Below, one piece after another: positions 19,843 to 31,370 of a DNA stretch of 64,000 bases. Position numbers and translations under genes: made by a program. The notes below the pieces were generated by a model, which was not told where the DNA came from, searched no databases, and worked only from the letters and a program-made list of their open reading frames with translations. This stretch comes from Hydrurus foetidus. Taxonomy: Eukaryota. The stretch covers positions 1,488,001-1,552,000 of the forward strand of contig UYFQ01000001.1 of NCBI GenBank assembly GCA_900617105.1, given 5' to 3'. Position 1 is the first letter of the stretch. The number at the start of each line of letters is the position of its first letter.

Positions 19843-21103
19843 ATGCACTTAAATGAACTCAAGGCACTGCATGTGTCTGAAGTCCTCAAGCAAGCCGAAG
19901 CCCTTGAGATTGAAAATACGGGCCGCATGCGCAAGCAGGAGCTGATGTTTGCCATCATCAAAAAGCGCGCCCGTACCGGCGAGCAAATCATTGCCGACGG
20001 CGTGCTGGAAATTCTGCCCGACGGTTTTGGCTTCTTGCGCAGCCCCGGACACCAGCTACACCGCCAGCACCGACGACATCTACATCAGCCCCAGCCAGGT
20101 GCGCCGCTTCAACCTGCACACCGGCGACATGATCGAAGGCGAAGTGCGTACCCCCAAAGACGGCGAGCGTTACTTTGCCCTGAACAAGCTTGACAAGGTC
20201 AACGACGGCCTCCCGAGGCAACAAGCACAAGGTGATGTTTGAAAACTTGACGCCGCTGTTCCCCAAGGAGCAGATGAAGCTGGAACGCGACATCAAGGGC
20301 GAAGAGAACATCACAGGCCGCATCATTGACATCATGCGCCTATTGGCAAAGGCCAGCGCGCGCTGATCGTGGCACAACCCAAGAGCGGCAAGACGGTGAT
20401 GATGCAGCACATCGCGCACGCCATTACCGCCAACTACCCCGACAGCTACCTGATGGTGCTGCTGGTCGACGAGCGCCCAGAAGAAGTGACCGAAATGCAG
20501 CGCACCGTGCGCGGCGAGGTGATTGCCTCCACCTTTGACGAGCCCGCAGCTCGCCACGTGCACGTCGCCGAAATGGTGATCGAGCGTGCCAAGCGTTTGG
20601 TCGAGCTGAAAAAAGACGTGGTGATCTTGCTGGACTCGATCACCCGCCTGGCCCGCGCTTACAACAACGTGGTGCCTTCCTCTGGCAAGGTGCTTGACCG
20701 GCGGTGTGGACGCCAACGCCCTGCAGCGCCCCAAGCGCTTCTTTGGCGCAGCGCGCAACGTTGAAGAAGGCGGCTCGCTGACCATCATCGGCACCGCGCT
20801 GGTCGATACCGGCAGCCGCATGGACGAAGTGATTTTTGAAGAATTCAAAGGCACCGGCAACTGCGAAATCCACCTGGACCGCCGCTTGTACGAAAAGCGC
20901 GTGTTCCCGTCCATCCAGCTCAACCGCAGTGGCACCCGCCGCGAAGAGCTGCTGCTGCAGCCAGAAATCCTGCAAAAAACCCGCATCCTGCGCCAGTTCC
21001 TCTACAACATGGACGAAATCGAGTCGATGGAGATGATGCTCAAAAAATGCGTGCCACGAAGAACAACAGCGAATTCTTCGACATGATGCGCCGGGGTGGG
21101 TAA
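19843..21103 (+). CDS. rho: Transcription termination factor Rho (about five frameshifts, probably sequence errors)
   Basis: [62 protein letters not shown] spread across frames. Confidence 0.93.
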
Positions 21104-21200
21104 GCTATAATCTTGGGTTTAGCGACAAGTACACAGGTTTTGAATTGGGCAGAGGTTTGCCCGAGGACCTGATGCGGCTAGCGCAACTGATGGAGAAGAT

Positions 21201-21458
21201 ATGAAAGAAGGCATTCACCCCAACTACCGCGAAGTGTGCTTCCAGGACATGTCCAACGGATTCAAATTCGTGACACGTTCTTGCGCCAACACCAAGGAAA
21301 TGATCGACATGGAAGACGGCCGCAAGCTGCCCCATTTCAAGCTCGACACGACCAGCGAATCGCACCCTTTCTACACTGGCACACAAAAATCCGTGGACAA
21401 CATGGGTGGCCGCGTGGAGAAGTTCCGCAACCGCTTTGGCAAGACCGCAGCGAAGTAA
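21201..21458 (+). CDS. rpmE: 50S ribosomal protein L31, type B
   Basis: MKEGIHPNY...SHPFYTG...GRVEKF; lacks the four-Cys zinc ribbon. Confidence 0.95.
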   Translation: MKEGIHPNYREVCFQDMSNGFKFVTRSCANTKEMIDMEDGRKLPHFKLDTTSESHPFYTGTQKSVDNMGGRVEKFRNRFGKTAAK

Positions 21459-21493
21459 TCTCTGGTTTCAGGCTTTGGCCTGTTGACCCGCAA

Positions 21494-21527
21494 GAGGCAG
21501 CCCGGAGAACCGAGCTGCCTTTTTTTT
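21494..21527 (+). terminator. Intrinsic terminator after rpmE
   Basis: AGGCAGC...GCTGCCT stem followed by a T-tract. Confidence 0.8.
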
Positions 21528-21555
21528 GCCCCACTTTGAATCCCTTTCACCACCT

Positions 21556-23256
21556 GTGAACCATCCGAACCCCGCCATCGTGGCCCAAGCGGCCGTGCGC
21601 CGCCTCCCACGCTGGGCCCTGGTGCTTTTATGCCTGGCCTATGTGTGTGCCGGATTCGTCGGCCGTGAGGCTTGGCGCAGCGAAGACATGGCCGCTCTGG
21701 GCTATATGGGTGCGTTGGCCCACGGGGCAACAAGCTGGATGCAGCCCGAGTTGTTGGGTGTGGCACCCGACAACGGCGCCTTGCTGCCCTATTGGCTGGG
21801 TGCTTGGGCCATCCAGTTGGCACCGTCTGGTGTTCCCCTTGACTTTGCAGCACGTGTGCCTTTTGGCCTGTTGCTGGCGATGGCGCTGCTTGCCACGTGG
21901 TATGGCACCTACTACCTGGGGCGCAGCCCTTTGGCCCAGCCAGTGGCCTTTGCCTTTGGCGGCGAGGCCCTGCCCACCGACTATGCGCGCGCCATGGCTG
22001 ACGCAGGGGTGCTGGCCTTTGTTGCCAGCCTGGGACTGGCCCAACTGGCGCATGAAACCACTCCTGCACTGGCCCAGTTGGCATTCAGCGCCCTGCTGTT
22101 TTATGCCGTAGGTGCCTTGCCCTATCGCAAGCTGGGACCTGCCTTAGCCATGGTCGTCGGACTGGCCGGTCTGGCTTTGTCTGGTGCTCCTGCTCTTGCT
22201 GTGTTGTTTGGGCTGGGTGGCGCCGTGGTGCACTGGCGCGAGCAACCCGAAGAGGCAACGTCTACTGGCCGAATACCACAGCGCACCTGGGAAAGCCTGG
22301 GCTTGCTGCTGACCACCCTGGCGGTGGCGATCCTGGCAACGCAGCTGCACCTGTGGCGCTGGAAAATTGTGTGGCCTAATTGGAGTTGGGCTGACTGGAA
22401 CGGTTACGCCCAATTGTTGATCTGGTTTACCTGGCCAAGCTGGCCCCTGGCACTGTGGACGGTCTGGCGCTGGCGCTACCAACTGTTCACACTGCGCATG
22501 GCCCGCCATGTCGCCCTGCCGACCTGGTTTGCCCTGGTCACGGTGCTAGCCACACTGGTGTCCAGCGCATCGGACCGCACTCTAATGCTGGCGCTGCCCG
22601 CATTGGCCTCGCTGGCAGCCTTTGCGCTCCCCACACTGAAACGACAGGTCGCCGCCCTGATTGACTGGTTCACGCTGCTGTTTTTCTCGGGCTGCGGCTT
22701 CACCATCTGGGTGGTGTGGATTGCCATGCAGACCGGGGTGCCGCACCAACCCGCCGCTAACGTGGCACGTTTGGCGCCGGGGTTTGAGCCGAGTTTTTCT
22801 GGCGTAGCACTGGGTTTTGCGTTGGCGGCCACCGGGGCTTGGGCCTGGCTGGTACGCTGGCGCGTGGGACGCCACCGCGCCGCCATCTGGAAAAGCCTGG
22901 TACTGCCCGCTGGCGGGGCGGCCCTCTGCTGGTTGCTGCTCATGACCCTGTGGATGCCGCTCTTGAATTACACCCAAAGCTACACAGCCGTGGTACGAAA
23001 CACGACGCAGATCGTAGGCAACAGCTGTGTCCAGGTAACCAACGTCAACGCCGCACATATCGCTGCCCTACAGTGGTACGGCCACTTGAACCTGCAGGGC
23101 CGTAACCCCACTGCGCCGTGCCCCTGGATGCTCAGCGAGCCAAGCCAGAACATGGAAGTGAGCGAGCTAATTGACACCACGATGTGGGTACCCCATGCAT
23201 TGCTGCGCCACCCAGTGGACAAGGGCGAGGCACTCTGGCTACTGCACCGCCGCTAA
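21556..23256 (+). CDS. Polytopic membrane protein, ArnT/PMT-like glycosyltransferase
   Basis: Many hydrophobic helices, GREAWRSED loop motif, usual position after rpmE in Burkholderiales. Confidence 0.7.
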   Translation: MNHPNPAIVAQAAVRRLPRWALVLLCLAYVCAGFVGREAWRSEDMAALGYMGALAHGATSWMQPELLGVAPDNGALLPYWLGAWAIQLAPSGVPLDFAARVPFGLLLAMALLATWYGTYYLGRSPLAQPVAFAFGGEALPTDYARAMADAGVLAFVASLGLAQLAHETTPALAQLAFSALLFYAVGALPYRKLGPALAMVVGLAGLALSGAPALAVLFGLGGAVVHWREQPEEATSTGRIPQRTWESLGLLLTTLAVAILATQLHLWRWKIVWPNWSWADWNGYAQLLIWFTWPSWPLALWTVWRWRYQLFTLRMARHVALPTWFALVTVLATLVSSASDRTLMLALPALASLAAFALPTLKRQVAALIDWFTLLFFSGCGFTIWVVWIAMQTGVPHQPAANVARLAPGFEPSFSGVALGFALAATGAWAWLVRWRVGRHRAAIWKSLVLPAGGAALCWLLLMTLWMPLLNYTQSYTAVVRNTTQIVGNSCVQVTNVNAAHIAALQWYGHLNLQGRNPTAPCPWMLSEPSQNMEVSELIDTTMWVPHALLRHPVDKGEALWLLHRR

Positions 23257-23275
23257 AAGCGCTTTGTTTTACGAA

Positions 23276-24622
23276 CTAGGCCACCAGGCGGACGGGTTCC
23301 AGCATAGGACGCACCCGCTGAGCCGAGAACAGAATGGAAAAACCCGATCCCTTGCCCGGCACACTCTCAATGGTCAGCTCGGCAGCGTGCCGTTGCGCCA
23401 CATGCTTGACGATAGCCAGACCGAGACCGGTCCCCCCCGTGTCGCGCGAGCGACTACGGTCTATCCGATAAAAACGTTCGGTCAGACGCGGCAGGTGCTC
23501 AGGGGCAATGCCGGGCCCGGTGTCCCGCACGGACAACACCCCACCACCTGCGGGTAAAGTGCTCCACGCCACGCGAATGCTCTTGTCCGCCGGGGTGTAG
23601 CGAATGGCGTTGCCAATCAGATTGAACACCGCGCTGTGCAGCTCGGACAACGAGCCGGCGATTTCAGAGTCCTCGCCCATGTCAAACGTAATCTCTTGGG
23701 CTTCGCCCCAAAGCATGCGTGACACGTCGCCAGCCTCTTGCCGGCACTGCCGCAATAGGCCGTGCACCGACACCCAATCCTGTACCGACGGCAAGGGGCT
23801 ACCCTCCAGCCGCGACAACATGAGCAAATCATTCACCAGGCTTTGCATGCGCTGGGCCTGCTGAGACATCAGTCCCAAATAGCGTTGACGCTCCGGTTCT
23901 TCCAGCGGCAGCGACTGCAGGGTTTCTACAAAGCCGGCCAACACCGTAAGTGGCGTACGGATTTCGTGCGAGACATTGGCTACAAAATCGCGGCGCATAG
24001 CTTCGGCCTGCTCCACGGCCGTGATGTCCCGCGATAGCAGCAGGTTGCGCCCTTCGCCATAGGGGTGCAAGTGCACTGAGAGTTGAATGGGTTTGGAGCT
24101 GGTGCTGTCACGCCCTGGCATCACCACGTCGTGCTGAAAATCACGCTCCGCAATATAGGCGGCGAAGCCGGGGTCACGCACCAGATTGCCAAAGTGCTGC
24201 AGCATGTCGCGGCGCACATCAAAGCCGAAGTGCTCGGCCGCCGTCTGGTTGAACCACTCGATGCGCCCTTGTGCGTCCAGCAGCACTACGCCATTGGGCG
24301 AAGCCTGCAGCGCAGCTAGAAAATCCTGCAATTTGCTCTCGCTCTCTATGACTTGGCGCTCGCGATTGCGCAGCAGGCGACGCATGCGGTCTGCGGCCTC
24401 GCCCCAGAGTCCTTGGCCGAGTGAAATGTCACTGGATTCGCCGCGACGCAACCAACCTAGCAGACGCAGGCCACGTGAAGCATCCAACAACAACCAAACG
24501 TAGCCACTGGCCACAGCAGCAACGATGGACTCCCAAATCCGATCCGCCTCAGGCGATAGAGACCAAGCCAATCCACCTGCCAAACCTTGCAGCAGTACAA
24601 AAGACAGTAAACGCCACACCAT
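23276..24622 (-). CDS. phoR: Phosphate regulon sensor kinase PhoR
   Basis: PAS domain, FVANVSHEIRTPLT H-box, NAIRY, RFYRID..GGTGLGL. Confidence 0.96.
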   Translation of the reverse strand: MVWRLLSFVLLQGLAGGLAWSLSPEADRIWESIVAAVASGYVWLLLDASRGLRLLGWLRRGESSDISLGQGLWGEAADRMRRLLRNRERQVIESESKLQDFLAALQASPNGVVLLDAQGRIEWFNQTAAEHFGFDVRRDMLQHFGNLVRDPGFAAYIAERDFQHDVVMPGRDSTSSKPIQLSVHLHPYGEGRNLLLSRDITAVEQAEAMRRDFVANVSHEIRTPLTVLAGFVETLQSLPLEEPERQRYLGLMSQQAQRMQSLVNDLLMLSRLEGSPLPSVQDWVSVHGLLRQCRQEAGDVSRMLWGEAQEITFDMGEDSEIAGSLSELHSAVFNLIGNAIRYTPADKSIRVAWSTLPAGGGVLSVRDTGPGIAPEHLPRLTERFYRIDRSRSRDTGGTGLGLAIVKHVAQRHAAELTIESVPGKGSGFSILFSAQRVRPMLEPVRLVA

Positions 24623-24634
24623 AGAGGCGCCGCG

Positions 24635-25357
24635 TCAGGCGCTGGCCTTGTCGGCCACCACCGGCACCGCCGGCTTGGCTGTCAGGCGGTAGCCCGCGCC
24701 GCGCACAGTTTCCACCATGGCACCCGCCTGGGCCAGTGCTTCGCGCAAGCGCTTCACGTGGACATCCACCGTGCGCTCCTCGATATAGACGTGGTCGCCC
24801 CACACCTTGTCGAGCAGCTGGGCACGGCTGTGCACGCGCTCAGCATGGCCCATGAGGTAGTGCAACAACTTGAACTCGGTAGGTCCCAGCTTGAGGGCCT
24901 GCTCTTGAAACGACACACGGTGCGTGGCGGGGTCCAGAATCAGTCCGGCTATAGCAATGACCTCACCGGCATCCTCGGGCGCGCGGCGGCGCAACACCGC
25001 ACGCACCCGGGCTAACAGTTCCTTGGTGGAAAACGGCTTGGCAATGTAGTCGTCCGCCCCAGCGTCCAACCCTGCGACACGGTCCGCTTCATCGCCACGA
25101 GCGGTCAGCATGATGATGGGGATATCTTTGGTACGCGGATCGGTGCGCCAGCGCTTGGCCAGGGTCAAGCCACTCTCGCCAGGCAGCATCCAGTCCAGCA
25201 AGATCAGGTCAGGCAGGCCCGCGTCAATCTCGCGTTGAGCGGACTCGCTGTCCATGGCCCAGCGCGGACGAAATCCGTTGTGCCGCAGGTTCACGGCAAT
25301 CAATTCGGCAATCGCCGATTCGTCCTCCACGATCAAGACGGCGGGCATGTTTCTCAT
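24635..25357 (-). CDS. phoB: Phosphate regulon response regulator PhoB
   Basis: Receiver domain LDWMLPG, GPTEFKLL, VYIEERTVDVH, TVRGAGY. Confidence 0.97.
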   Translation of the reverse strand: MRNMPAVLIVEDESAIAELIAVNLRHNGFRPRWAMDSESAQREIDAGLPDLILLDWMLPGESGLTLAKRWRTDPRTKDIPIIMLTARGDEADRVAGLDAGADDYIAKPFSTKELLARVRAVLRRRAPEDAGEVIAIAGLILDPATHRVSFQEQALKLGPTEFKLLHYLMGHAERVHSRAQLLDKVWGDHVYIEERTVDVHVKRLREALAQAGAMVETVRGAGYRLTAKPAVPVVADKASA

Positions 25358-26055
25358 TTGACGATGGACTCGATTTTTTCCATGGTGGTGTGGCGAACAT
25401 CTTCACCCTTGACCACGTAGATGATGAACTCGGCAATGTTCTTGGCATGGTCACCGATGCGCTCGATGGCCTTTGCCAGGAACAGCAGGTCCAAACTGGG
25501 GGAGATCATCCGTGGATCTTCCATCATGTAAGTGACCAGTTTGCGCACAAAACCGTCGAACTCCGCATCGATCAGGTCATCTTCTTTCAAGATGGCGACT
25601 GCCGCGTTCACGTCCAGGCGGGCAAACGCGTCCAGGGCCTTGTTCAGCAGGCCGGAGGCTAGGTCTGCCGCAACGCGCAACTCCAGCGAGGGCAAGGAAC
25701 GTGGCGCACCGCTCTGGATAATAGAACGCACCATGCGGGCGATCTTCTCTGCCTCGTCGCCCACGCGCTCCAGGTTGGCCGTTGTTTTAGAGATAGCGAT
25801 CAACAGACGCAGGTCGCGTGCCGTGGGCTGGCGACGGGCAATGATGGAGGACAGATCACGGTCGATCTCGATCTCCATCGCATTGACGCGCACTTCGCGA
25901 GCAGTGACCTCGTCGGCCACCTCCACGCTGAATTGCGACAGCGCATAAATGGCCTGTCGAATCTGGGATTCGACCAGACCGCCCAGCTCCATGACCTGTG
26001 AAGACACGGAAGTCAGTTCGCTGTCGAACTGCGTAGACAAATGTTTATCGGACAT
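25354..26055 (-). CDS. phoU: Phosphate signalling protein PhoU
   Basis: KHLSTQFD, ARRQPTARDLR, LERVGD, IERIGDHAKNIAE. Confidence 0.97.
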   Translation of the reverse strand: MSDKHLSTQFDSELTSVSSQVMELGGLVESQIRQAIYALSQFSVEVADEVTAREVRVNAMEIEIDRDLSSIIARRQPTARDLRLLIAISKTTANLERVGDEAEKIARMVRSIIQSGAPRSLPSLELRVAADLASGLLNKALDAFARLDVNAAVAILKEDDLIDAEFDGFVRKLVTYMMEDPRMISPSLDLLFLAKAIERIGDHAKNIAEFIIYVVKGEDVRHTTMEKIESIVK

Positions 26056-26071
26056 AGTTTCCTCTCTGCTC

Positions 26072-26851
26072 TCAGCCGAAACGGCCAGTGATGTAGTCTT
26101 CTGTCTCTTTGCGGGTGGGCTTGAAAAACATCTGTTCCGTGGCACCAAACTCCATCAGATCGCCCAGGTACATATAGGCAGTGAAGTCGCTGCAACGGGC
26201 GGCCTGCTGCATGTTGTGGGTCACGATGACCACGGTGTAGTCGTTCTTGAGTTCTACGATCAACTCTTCCACCTTGGCGGTGGAAATTGGGTCCAGCGCC
26301 GAGCAGGGTTCGTCCAGCAACAGCACTTCGGGTTTGATGGCAATGCCGCGGGCAATGCACAGTCGCTGCTGCTGACCGCCGGACAGGCTGGAGCCGCTTT
26401 GGTGCAATTTGTCTTTCACCTCGGTCCACAGAGCCGACTTGCGCAAGGCCCATTCCACACGCTCTTCCATATCGGTCGCGTTCAGCGATTCAAACAACTT
26501 CACGCCAAAAGCGATGTTGTCGTAAATCGACATGGGGAACGGTGTCGGTTTCTGGAACACCATGCCGACCTTGGCGCGCAGCAGGGCCACGTCTTCCTTG
26601 CTGGTCAGCAGGTTCTCACCGTCCAGCATGATTTGGCCTTCGGCGCGCTGCTCGGGATACAACTCGAACATGCGGTTGAAAATACGCAGCAGCGTGGACT
26701 TGCCACAGCCGGAAGGGCCAATAAAGGCGGTGACCTTCTTCTCGGGAATTTCCAGGTTGATGCCCTTGAGGGCATGGAACTTGCCGTAATAGAAGTTCAA
26801 ATCCTTCACGGAAATTTTGGATTTGAGGGGGATATTCGGGGTGTGCATCAT
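26072..26851 (-). CDS. pstB: Phosphate ABC transporter ATPase
   Basis: [36 protein letters not shown]. Confidence 0.98.
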   Translation of the reverse strand: MMHTPNIPLKSKISVKDLNFYYGKFHALKGINLEIPEKKVTAFIGPSGCGKSTLLRIFNRMFELYPEQRAEGQIMLDGENLLTSKEDVALLRAKVGMVFQKPTPFPMSIYDNIAFGVKLFESLNATDMEERVEWALRKSALWTEVKDKLHQSGSSLSGGQQQRLCIARGIAIKPEVLLLDEPCSALDPISTAKVEELIVELKNDYTVVIVTHNMQQAARCSDFTAYMYLGDLMEFGATEQMFFKPTRKETEDYITGRFG

Positions 26852-26886
26852 GGTTTTACTCGGTTCGGTGCAGGGCGTTATGCCGC

Positions 26887-27750
26887 TCAGGCCTTGGTAC
26901 GGGTCAACACGCGGGCCAGGATGTTCAGGCCCAACACAGCGATCGTGATCAGGAACACACCAGCCCAGGCCAGCTGTTGCCAGTTCTCATAGGGGCTCAT
27001 GGCGAACTTGAAGATCGTGACCGGCAAACTGGCCATGGGTTCGCTCAGCGACGATGTCCAGAATTGATTGCTCAGCGCGGTAAACAGCAGCGGTGCGGTC
27101 TCGCCGGCAATGCGGGCCACAGCCAGCAACACACCGGTAATCACGCCGGCGCGGGCAGACTTCAGGGTGATGCTCAGAATCACCTTCCACTTGGGCGCAC
27201 CTAAAGCGTAGGCGGCTTCCCGCAAACCAGAGGGCACCAGTTGCAGCATGTTTTCGGTGGTGCGGATAACCACCGGAATCACGATCAACGACAGCGCCAT
27301 GATGCCGGCGTAGCCCGAGAAGGACTTGAAGCGCGACACCACCACAGCGTAGACAAACAGGCCCACGATGATAGACGGAGCGGACAACAGAATGTCGTTC
27401 ACAAAGCGCACCAAAGAGGCCAGCCAGCTCTTGCTGTCGAACTCGGCTAGATAGATGCCCGCCATTGCGCCAATCGGCGTGCCTACAAATGTGGCCAAAG
27501 CCACCATCAGGAAGGAGCCGTAAATAGCATTGGCCAGACCGCCTGCTTCGTTGGGCGGAGGTGTCATCTGGGTCAGCGTGGACAGCGTCATGCCGCCAAT
27601 GCCCAGACGGAAGGTTTCCAACAAGATCCAGAACAGCCAGAACAAACCGAAGGCCATGGCAAATAAGGCCAAGGCAGTGGCAATGTAGTTCACCCGTTTG
27701 CGTTGCGCAAAGCGCGCAGCGCGGGGATTGATTGCTTGAGCGGCGCTCAT
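26887..27750 (-). CDS. pstA: Phosphate ABC transporter permease
   Basis: [28 protein letters not shown]. Confidence 0.97.
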   Translation of the reverse strand: MSAAQAINPRAARFAQRKRVNYIATALALFAMAFGLFWLFWILLETFRLGIGGMTLSTLTQMTPPPNEAGGLANAIYGSFLMVALATFVGTPIGAMAGIYLAEFDSKSWLASLVRFVNDILLSAPSIIVGLFVYAVVVSRFKSFSGYAGIMALSLIVIPVVIRTTENMLQLVPSGLREAAYALGAPKWKVILSITLKSARAGVITGVLLAVARIAGETAPLLFTALSNQFWTSSLSEPMASLPVTIFKFAMSPYENWQQLAWAGVFLITIAVLGLNILARVLTRTKA

Positions 27751-28778
27751 GTTTTGGTTCCTTCCGCTTTGCGCAGACGAGAGAGCAGGAGTTTGGACAA
27801 GGACAGAATCACGAAGGTGATAAAGAACAGGACCAGCCCCAGGTACATCAAAGCCGCTTGGTGCATGCCTTCACCGGCTTCGGCAAATTCATTCGCCAGG
27901 GCCGAGGTAATGCTGTTGGCTGCCTGGAACAGGCTCAAGGAGTCCAGTTGGTTAAAGTTGCCAATGACGAAGGTCACGGCCATGGTCTCTCCAATGGCGC
28001 GCCCCAAGCCCAGCATGATGCCGCCGATCACACCCGTCTTGGTGTAGGGCAACACTACTTTAGACACGACTTCCCAAGTGGTTGCACCCAAGCCGTAAGC
28101 TGACTCTTTGAGCAGCGCAGGGGTGACTTCAAACACATCGCGCATCACCGCCGAAATGAACGGGATGATCATGATGGCCAGGATGATGCCAGCCGACAAA
28201 ATACCGATACCTACCGGTGGACCCGACACAAACGCACCCAGATAGGGCACGCCGGCAAACAAGGCCTGCAGCGGCTGCTGCACATAGGTGGCCAGCACCG
28301 GGCCGAACACCAACAGACCCCACATGCCGTAGACGATGGAGGGCACCGCGGCCAACAACTCAATGGCCGTACCCAGCGGGCGCTTGAGCCAAGTGGGCGA
28401 GAGCTCAGTCAGGAAGAGTGCAATGCCGAAACTCACAGGCACGGCAATGATCAGCGCAATCAGCGAGGTGGCGATGGTGCCGTAAATCATGACCAGGCCG
28501 CCAAACTCCTCCTGCACCGGGTCCCAGACCGTACTGGTCAGGAAGGACAGGCCGTATTTGCTGATGGCTGGCCAGGCGCTGATGGTCAGCGTGGTCAGGA
28601 TGGCCAACAGCAAGGCCAGGGTCAGGAGGGCCGCACCTTTGGCCAACCAGCCAAAGATACGGTCAGCCAAGGGACCCGAACGGGCCCGCTTGATGGGAGG
28701 TGGTTTGGTCATGGCGCGTGGAGGCGAAATGGCATTCGGGCTGCTCGGGGAATCCCCATGCACGAGTGTAGATGACAT
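27747..28778 (-). CDS. pstC: Phosphate ABC transporter permease
   Basis: [27 protein letters not shown]. Confidence 0.97.
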   Translation of the reverse strand: MSSTLVHGDSPSSPNAISPPRAMTKPPPIKRARSGPLADRIFGWLAKGAALLTLALLLAILTTLTISAWPAISKYGLSFLTSTVWDPVQEEFGGLVMIYGTIATSLIALIIAVPVSFGIALFLTELSPTWLKRPLGTAIELLAAVPSIVYGMWGLLVFGPVLATYVQQPLQALFAGVPYLGAFVSGPPVGIGILSAGIILAIMIIPFISAVMRDVFEVTPALLKESAYGLGATTWEVVSKVVLPYTKTGVIGGIMLGLGRAIGETMAVTFVIGNFNQLDSLSLFQAANSITSALANEFAEAGEGMHQAALMYLGLVLFFITFVILSLSKLLLSRLRKAEGTKT

Positions 28779-28817
28779 GGGGATTTTCTCCATCAGGTCC
28801 GAATCAGAGCGCGCGGA

Positions 28818-29861
28818 TTACTTGAAAGCGATGGGCTTACCGGCGCCGTCCTTGATCTCACCCCAGGACTTCTGGATCGCTGCCACCACTGCTGGCGGCA
28901 TGGGCACGTAGTCCAGGTCTGCAGCCGATTTGCCACCGTTGGAATACGCCCAGTTGAAGAACTTCAAGGACTCTGAGGCATTCGCAGGCTTCTCTTGCTT
29001 CAGGTGCATCAGGATGAAGGTTGCACCGCTGATGGGCCAAGCCGCTTTGCCAGGCTGGTTCGTCAGGATTTGGTAGAAGGACTTGCTCCAGTCGGCACCG
29101 GCAGCGGCAGCCTTGAACGCATCATCATCCGGAGTCACAAAGGTACCGGCCGAATTTTGCATCACCGCGTAGTTCAGCTTGTTTTGCTTCACGTAGGAAT
29201 ATTCCACATAACCCATGGAGTTGGGCAGGCGGGCCACAAATGCTGAAACGCCTTCGTTACCCTTGCCACCGGCGCCCACAGGCCAGTTCACAGCTGTGCC
29301 TTCGCCCACTTTGGCTTTCCACTCTGCATTAACCTTGCTCAGGTAGTTGGTGAAGATGAAGGTCGTGCCGGAGCCGTCAGCGCGGCGCACTTGCGCAATG
29401 GCGGCGTCAGGCAAGGCCAAGGTGGGGTTCAGCGCCTTGATGGCGGGGTCGTTCCACTTGGCGATCTTGCCCAAGAAAATGTCGCCCAGCACCTGGCCGG
29501 TCAACTTCAATTGGCCTGGCTCAATACCCTTGACGTTGATCACAGGAACCACACCGCCCATGACGGTGGGGAACTGCATTTGGCCTTTGGACTTCAACAC
29601 TTCGTCGGTCTGAGGCATGTCAGACGCGCCGAAGTCAACTGTCTGGGAATCGATTTGCTTGATACCACCACCGGAGCCGATGGACTGGTAGTTCACCTTC
29701 ACGCCGGTGGCCTTGTTGTAGTCAGAGGCCCACTTGGCGTACAGGGGGGCGGGGAAAGAAGCGCCCGCGCCAGTGATTTCTTGGGCCGATGCGCCCGCCG
29801 CAAAGCCGAGCATGGCCGTCATGGCGCTTGCCAAGGCTGCGCGTTGGAACAAATTTTTCAT
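28818..29861 (-). CDS. pstS: Phosphate-binding protein
   Basis: GAGASFPAP, GSGGG, DFGASD, RRADGSGTT. Confidence 0.98.
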   Translation of the reverse strand: MKNLFQRAALASAMTAMLGFAAGASAQEITGAGASFPAPLYAKWASDYNKATGVKVNYQSIGSGGGIKQIDSQTVDFGASDMPQTDEVLKSKGQMQFPTVMGGVVPVINVKGIEPGQLKLTGQVLGDIFLGKIAKWNDPAIKALNPTLALPDAAIAQVRRADGSGTTFIFTNYLSKVNAEWKAKVGEGTAVNWPVGAGGKGNEGVSAFVARLPNSMGYVEYSYVKQNKLNYAVMQNSAGTFVTPDDDAFKAAAAGADWSKSFYQILTNQPGKAAWPISGATFILMHLKQEKPANASESLKFFNWAYSNGGKSAADLDYVPMPPAVVAAIQKSWGEIKDGAGKPIAFK

Positions 29862-29919
29862 GGAAGACCTTCAGTCAATTGGTTGATGAACTGCGAACGG
29901 GTGAACTTTAAGAAGATTT

Positions 29920-29937
29920 TGTGACAAGAATGTGACA
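29920..29937 (-). promoter_or_regulatory. Pho box upstream of pstS
   Basis: TGTCAC(A) twice at 11-bp spacing on the minus strand. Confidence 0.85.
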
Positions 29938-29997
29938 TTTGGTGCGTCACATACGGGCTGGGCAGTTTTGGCATTTGGCATACGCCCTTCACGTAAA

Positions 29998-30014
29998 TGT
30001 CACCGATTTGTCAC
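29998..30014 (+). promoter_or_regulatory. Pho box facing the substrate-binding-protein gene and ppx
   Basis: TGTCAC at 29998 and 30009 (11-bp spacing). Confidence 0.75.
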
Positions 30015-30074
30015 ATAAACTTTTTACGCTACTCAATGGCCTGCCGTGTCCTGTCCGGGCCGTGACTTGCATAC

Positions 30075-30129
30075 GAAATGAGCCTCTAGCCCCCGTGGAA
30101 TATGCGCAAGCAGCTCCTGATTCAATAGC
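30075..30129 (+). repeat. Dispersed ~55-bp repeat, intergenic
   Basis: GCCTC-TAGCCC-N11-GCGC-AAG-CAGCT-N9-ATAGC. Confidence 0.8.
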
Positions 30130-30142
30130 AAAAATAAAACCT

Positions 30143-31297
30143 ATGAAAAAACCGTTGGACACCACCACTCCCCTGCTTTCCCGCCGCAACGTACTGCGCG
30201 CCCTTCCCCTGGGTGCTGCGGCCTGTGCTTGGCCCACTTGGGCACAGGGCCCCAAAGCGGGAGTGCCCGGTCCTACGGTTTTGCAGGTGGTGGACACCTC
30301 GGCCAGCCAAATCGACGTGTCCAGGGACTTTTTGGTCGGCGCCCGCGCCGCTTGGCAGGACACCAATGCCCGGGGCGGCCTGCGCGGCAAGCCCGTGCGC
30401 CACTTGGTGCTGGAGGTGGACGGCAGCGCCAGCTCGATGCGCTCCACGGTCGACGCCCTGAAGAACCTGACCGATTGCGTCGCCGTGGTCGGCACCGCAG
30501 GTGACCGGGCTGCCAGCCAGCTCGCCATGCTGCTGCGCCGCGAAGCACCTGACATTGCCCACGTAGCCCCCTGGCTGCACAGCACGGGTGCCGACAACCA
30601 GGACAGCACCTTTGCCATCTTCGCCACGCGACAGGAGCAAATCACCCATGCCGTGAAATCACTGTCCGTCATGGGTGTATCGGAAATTGGGGCTGTGTTT
30701 GGCTCACAGGCCGAATCCACCAGCTATCGCGATGACCTGGAAAAGGTCGCCAGCGGGCTGAATGTGCGCCTGAAAACCTATGTCCCGTCCAGCAGTCTGC
30801 AGGCCCTGGCCAGCACGCTGAACGCGCAAAGCCCGCGCATCCTGATCTTTCTGGGGGGCACGCCCGAACTGGTGCAGTTTGCCCAGGGCATCGAAAAACA
30901 GGCGGCCCAGCGCTACATCGTGGCCATGTCCGACGTCAACCTGCAGGCCCTGCAGCAGCTGGGTGTGTCGCGCTTCACGCCGGTCATCGCCACGCAGGCT
31001 GTGCCTCTCATCAACGGCAACCAGCCCATTGTGCGCAGCTACCGCGAGACACTCACCCGTCTGTACGATGAACCGCCCACGCCGCAAAGCCTGGCTGGCT
31101 ACATCTCAGCCCGTTACGCACAGGAGGTACTGCAGGCCGTGGAAGGCCCATTGAACCGCGCCAGCGCCCTGCAGGCCTTTGCCCGACGCACCGCCATGGA
31201 CCTGGGCGGCTTTCGCATCAACCCCGACAACAAGCGCAAAAACAGTGCCTTTGTGACCCAAAGCATGGTAGCCGCCGATGGCCGACTGGTGGGCTGA
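30143..31297 (+). CDS. Periplasmic substrate-binding protein (type 1/LivJ-like fold) with Tat signal
   Basis: LSRRNVL twin-arginine signal; NARGGLRG..V, LAGYI..R and DLGGF motifs typical of this family. Confidence 0.75.
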   Translation: MKKPLDTTTPLLSRRNVLRALPLGAAACAWPTWAQGPKAGVPGPTVLQVVDTSASQIDVSRDFLVGARAAWQDTNARGGLRGKPVRHLVLEVDGSASSMRSTVDALKNLTDCVAVVGTAGDRAASQLAMLLRREAPDIAHVAPWLHSTGADNQDSTFAIFATRQEQITHAVKSLSVMGVSEIGAVFGSQAESTSYRDDLEKVASGLNVRLKTYVPSSSLQALASTLNAQSPRILIFLGGTPELVQFAQGIEKQAAQRYIVAMSDVNLQALQQLGVSRFTPVIATQAVPLINGNQPIVRSYRETLTRLYDEPPTPQSLAGYISARYAQEVLQAVEGPLNRASALQAFARRTAMDLGGFRINPDNKRKNSAFVTQSMVAADGRLVG

Positions 31298-31370
31298 CAC
31301 AACCTGCCGACACTCCATGCCGGTGCTATGCTCCGCCAGCTTTTCAAACTTTTTACCTTTGGCAACGTCG

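Noticed and set aside
21120..21200. Hairpins in the rpmE leader as a possible ribosomal-protein leader RNA
   Set aside because: Short stems only; cannot be supported without covariation data
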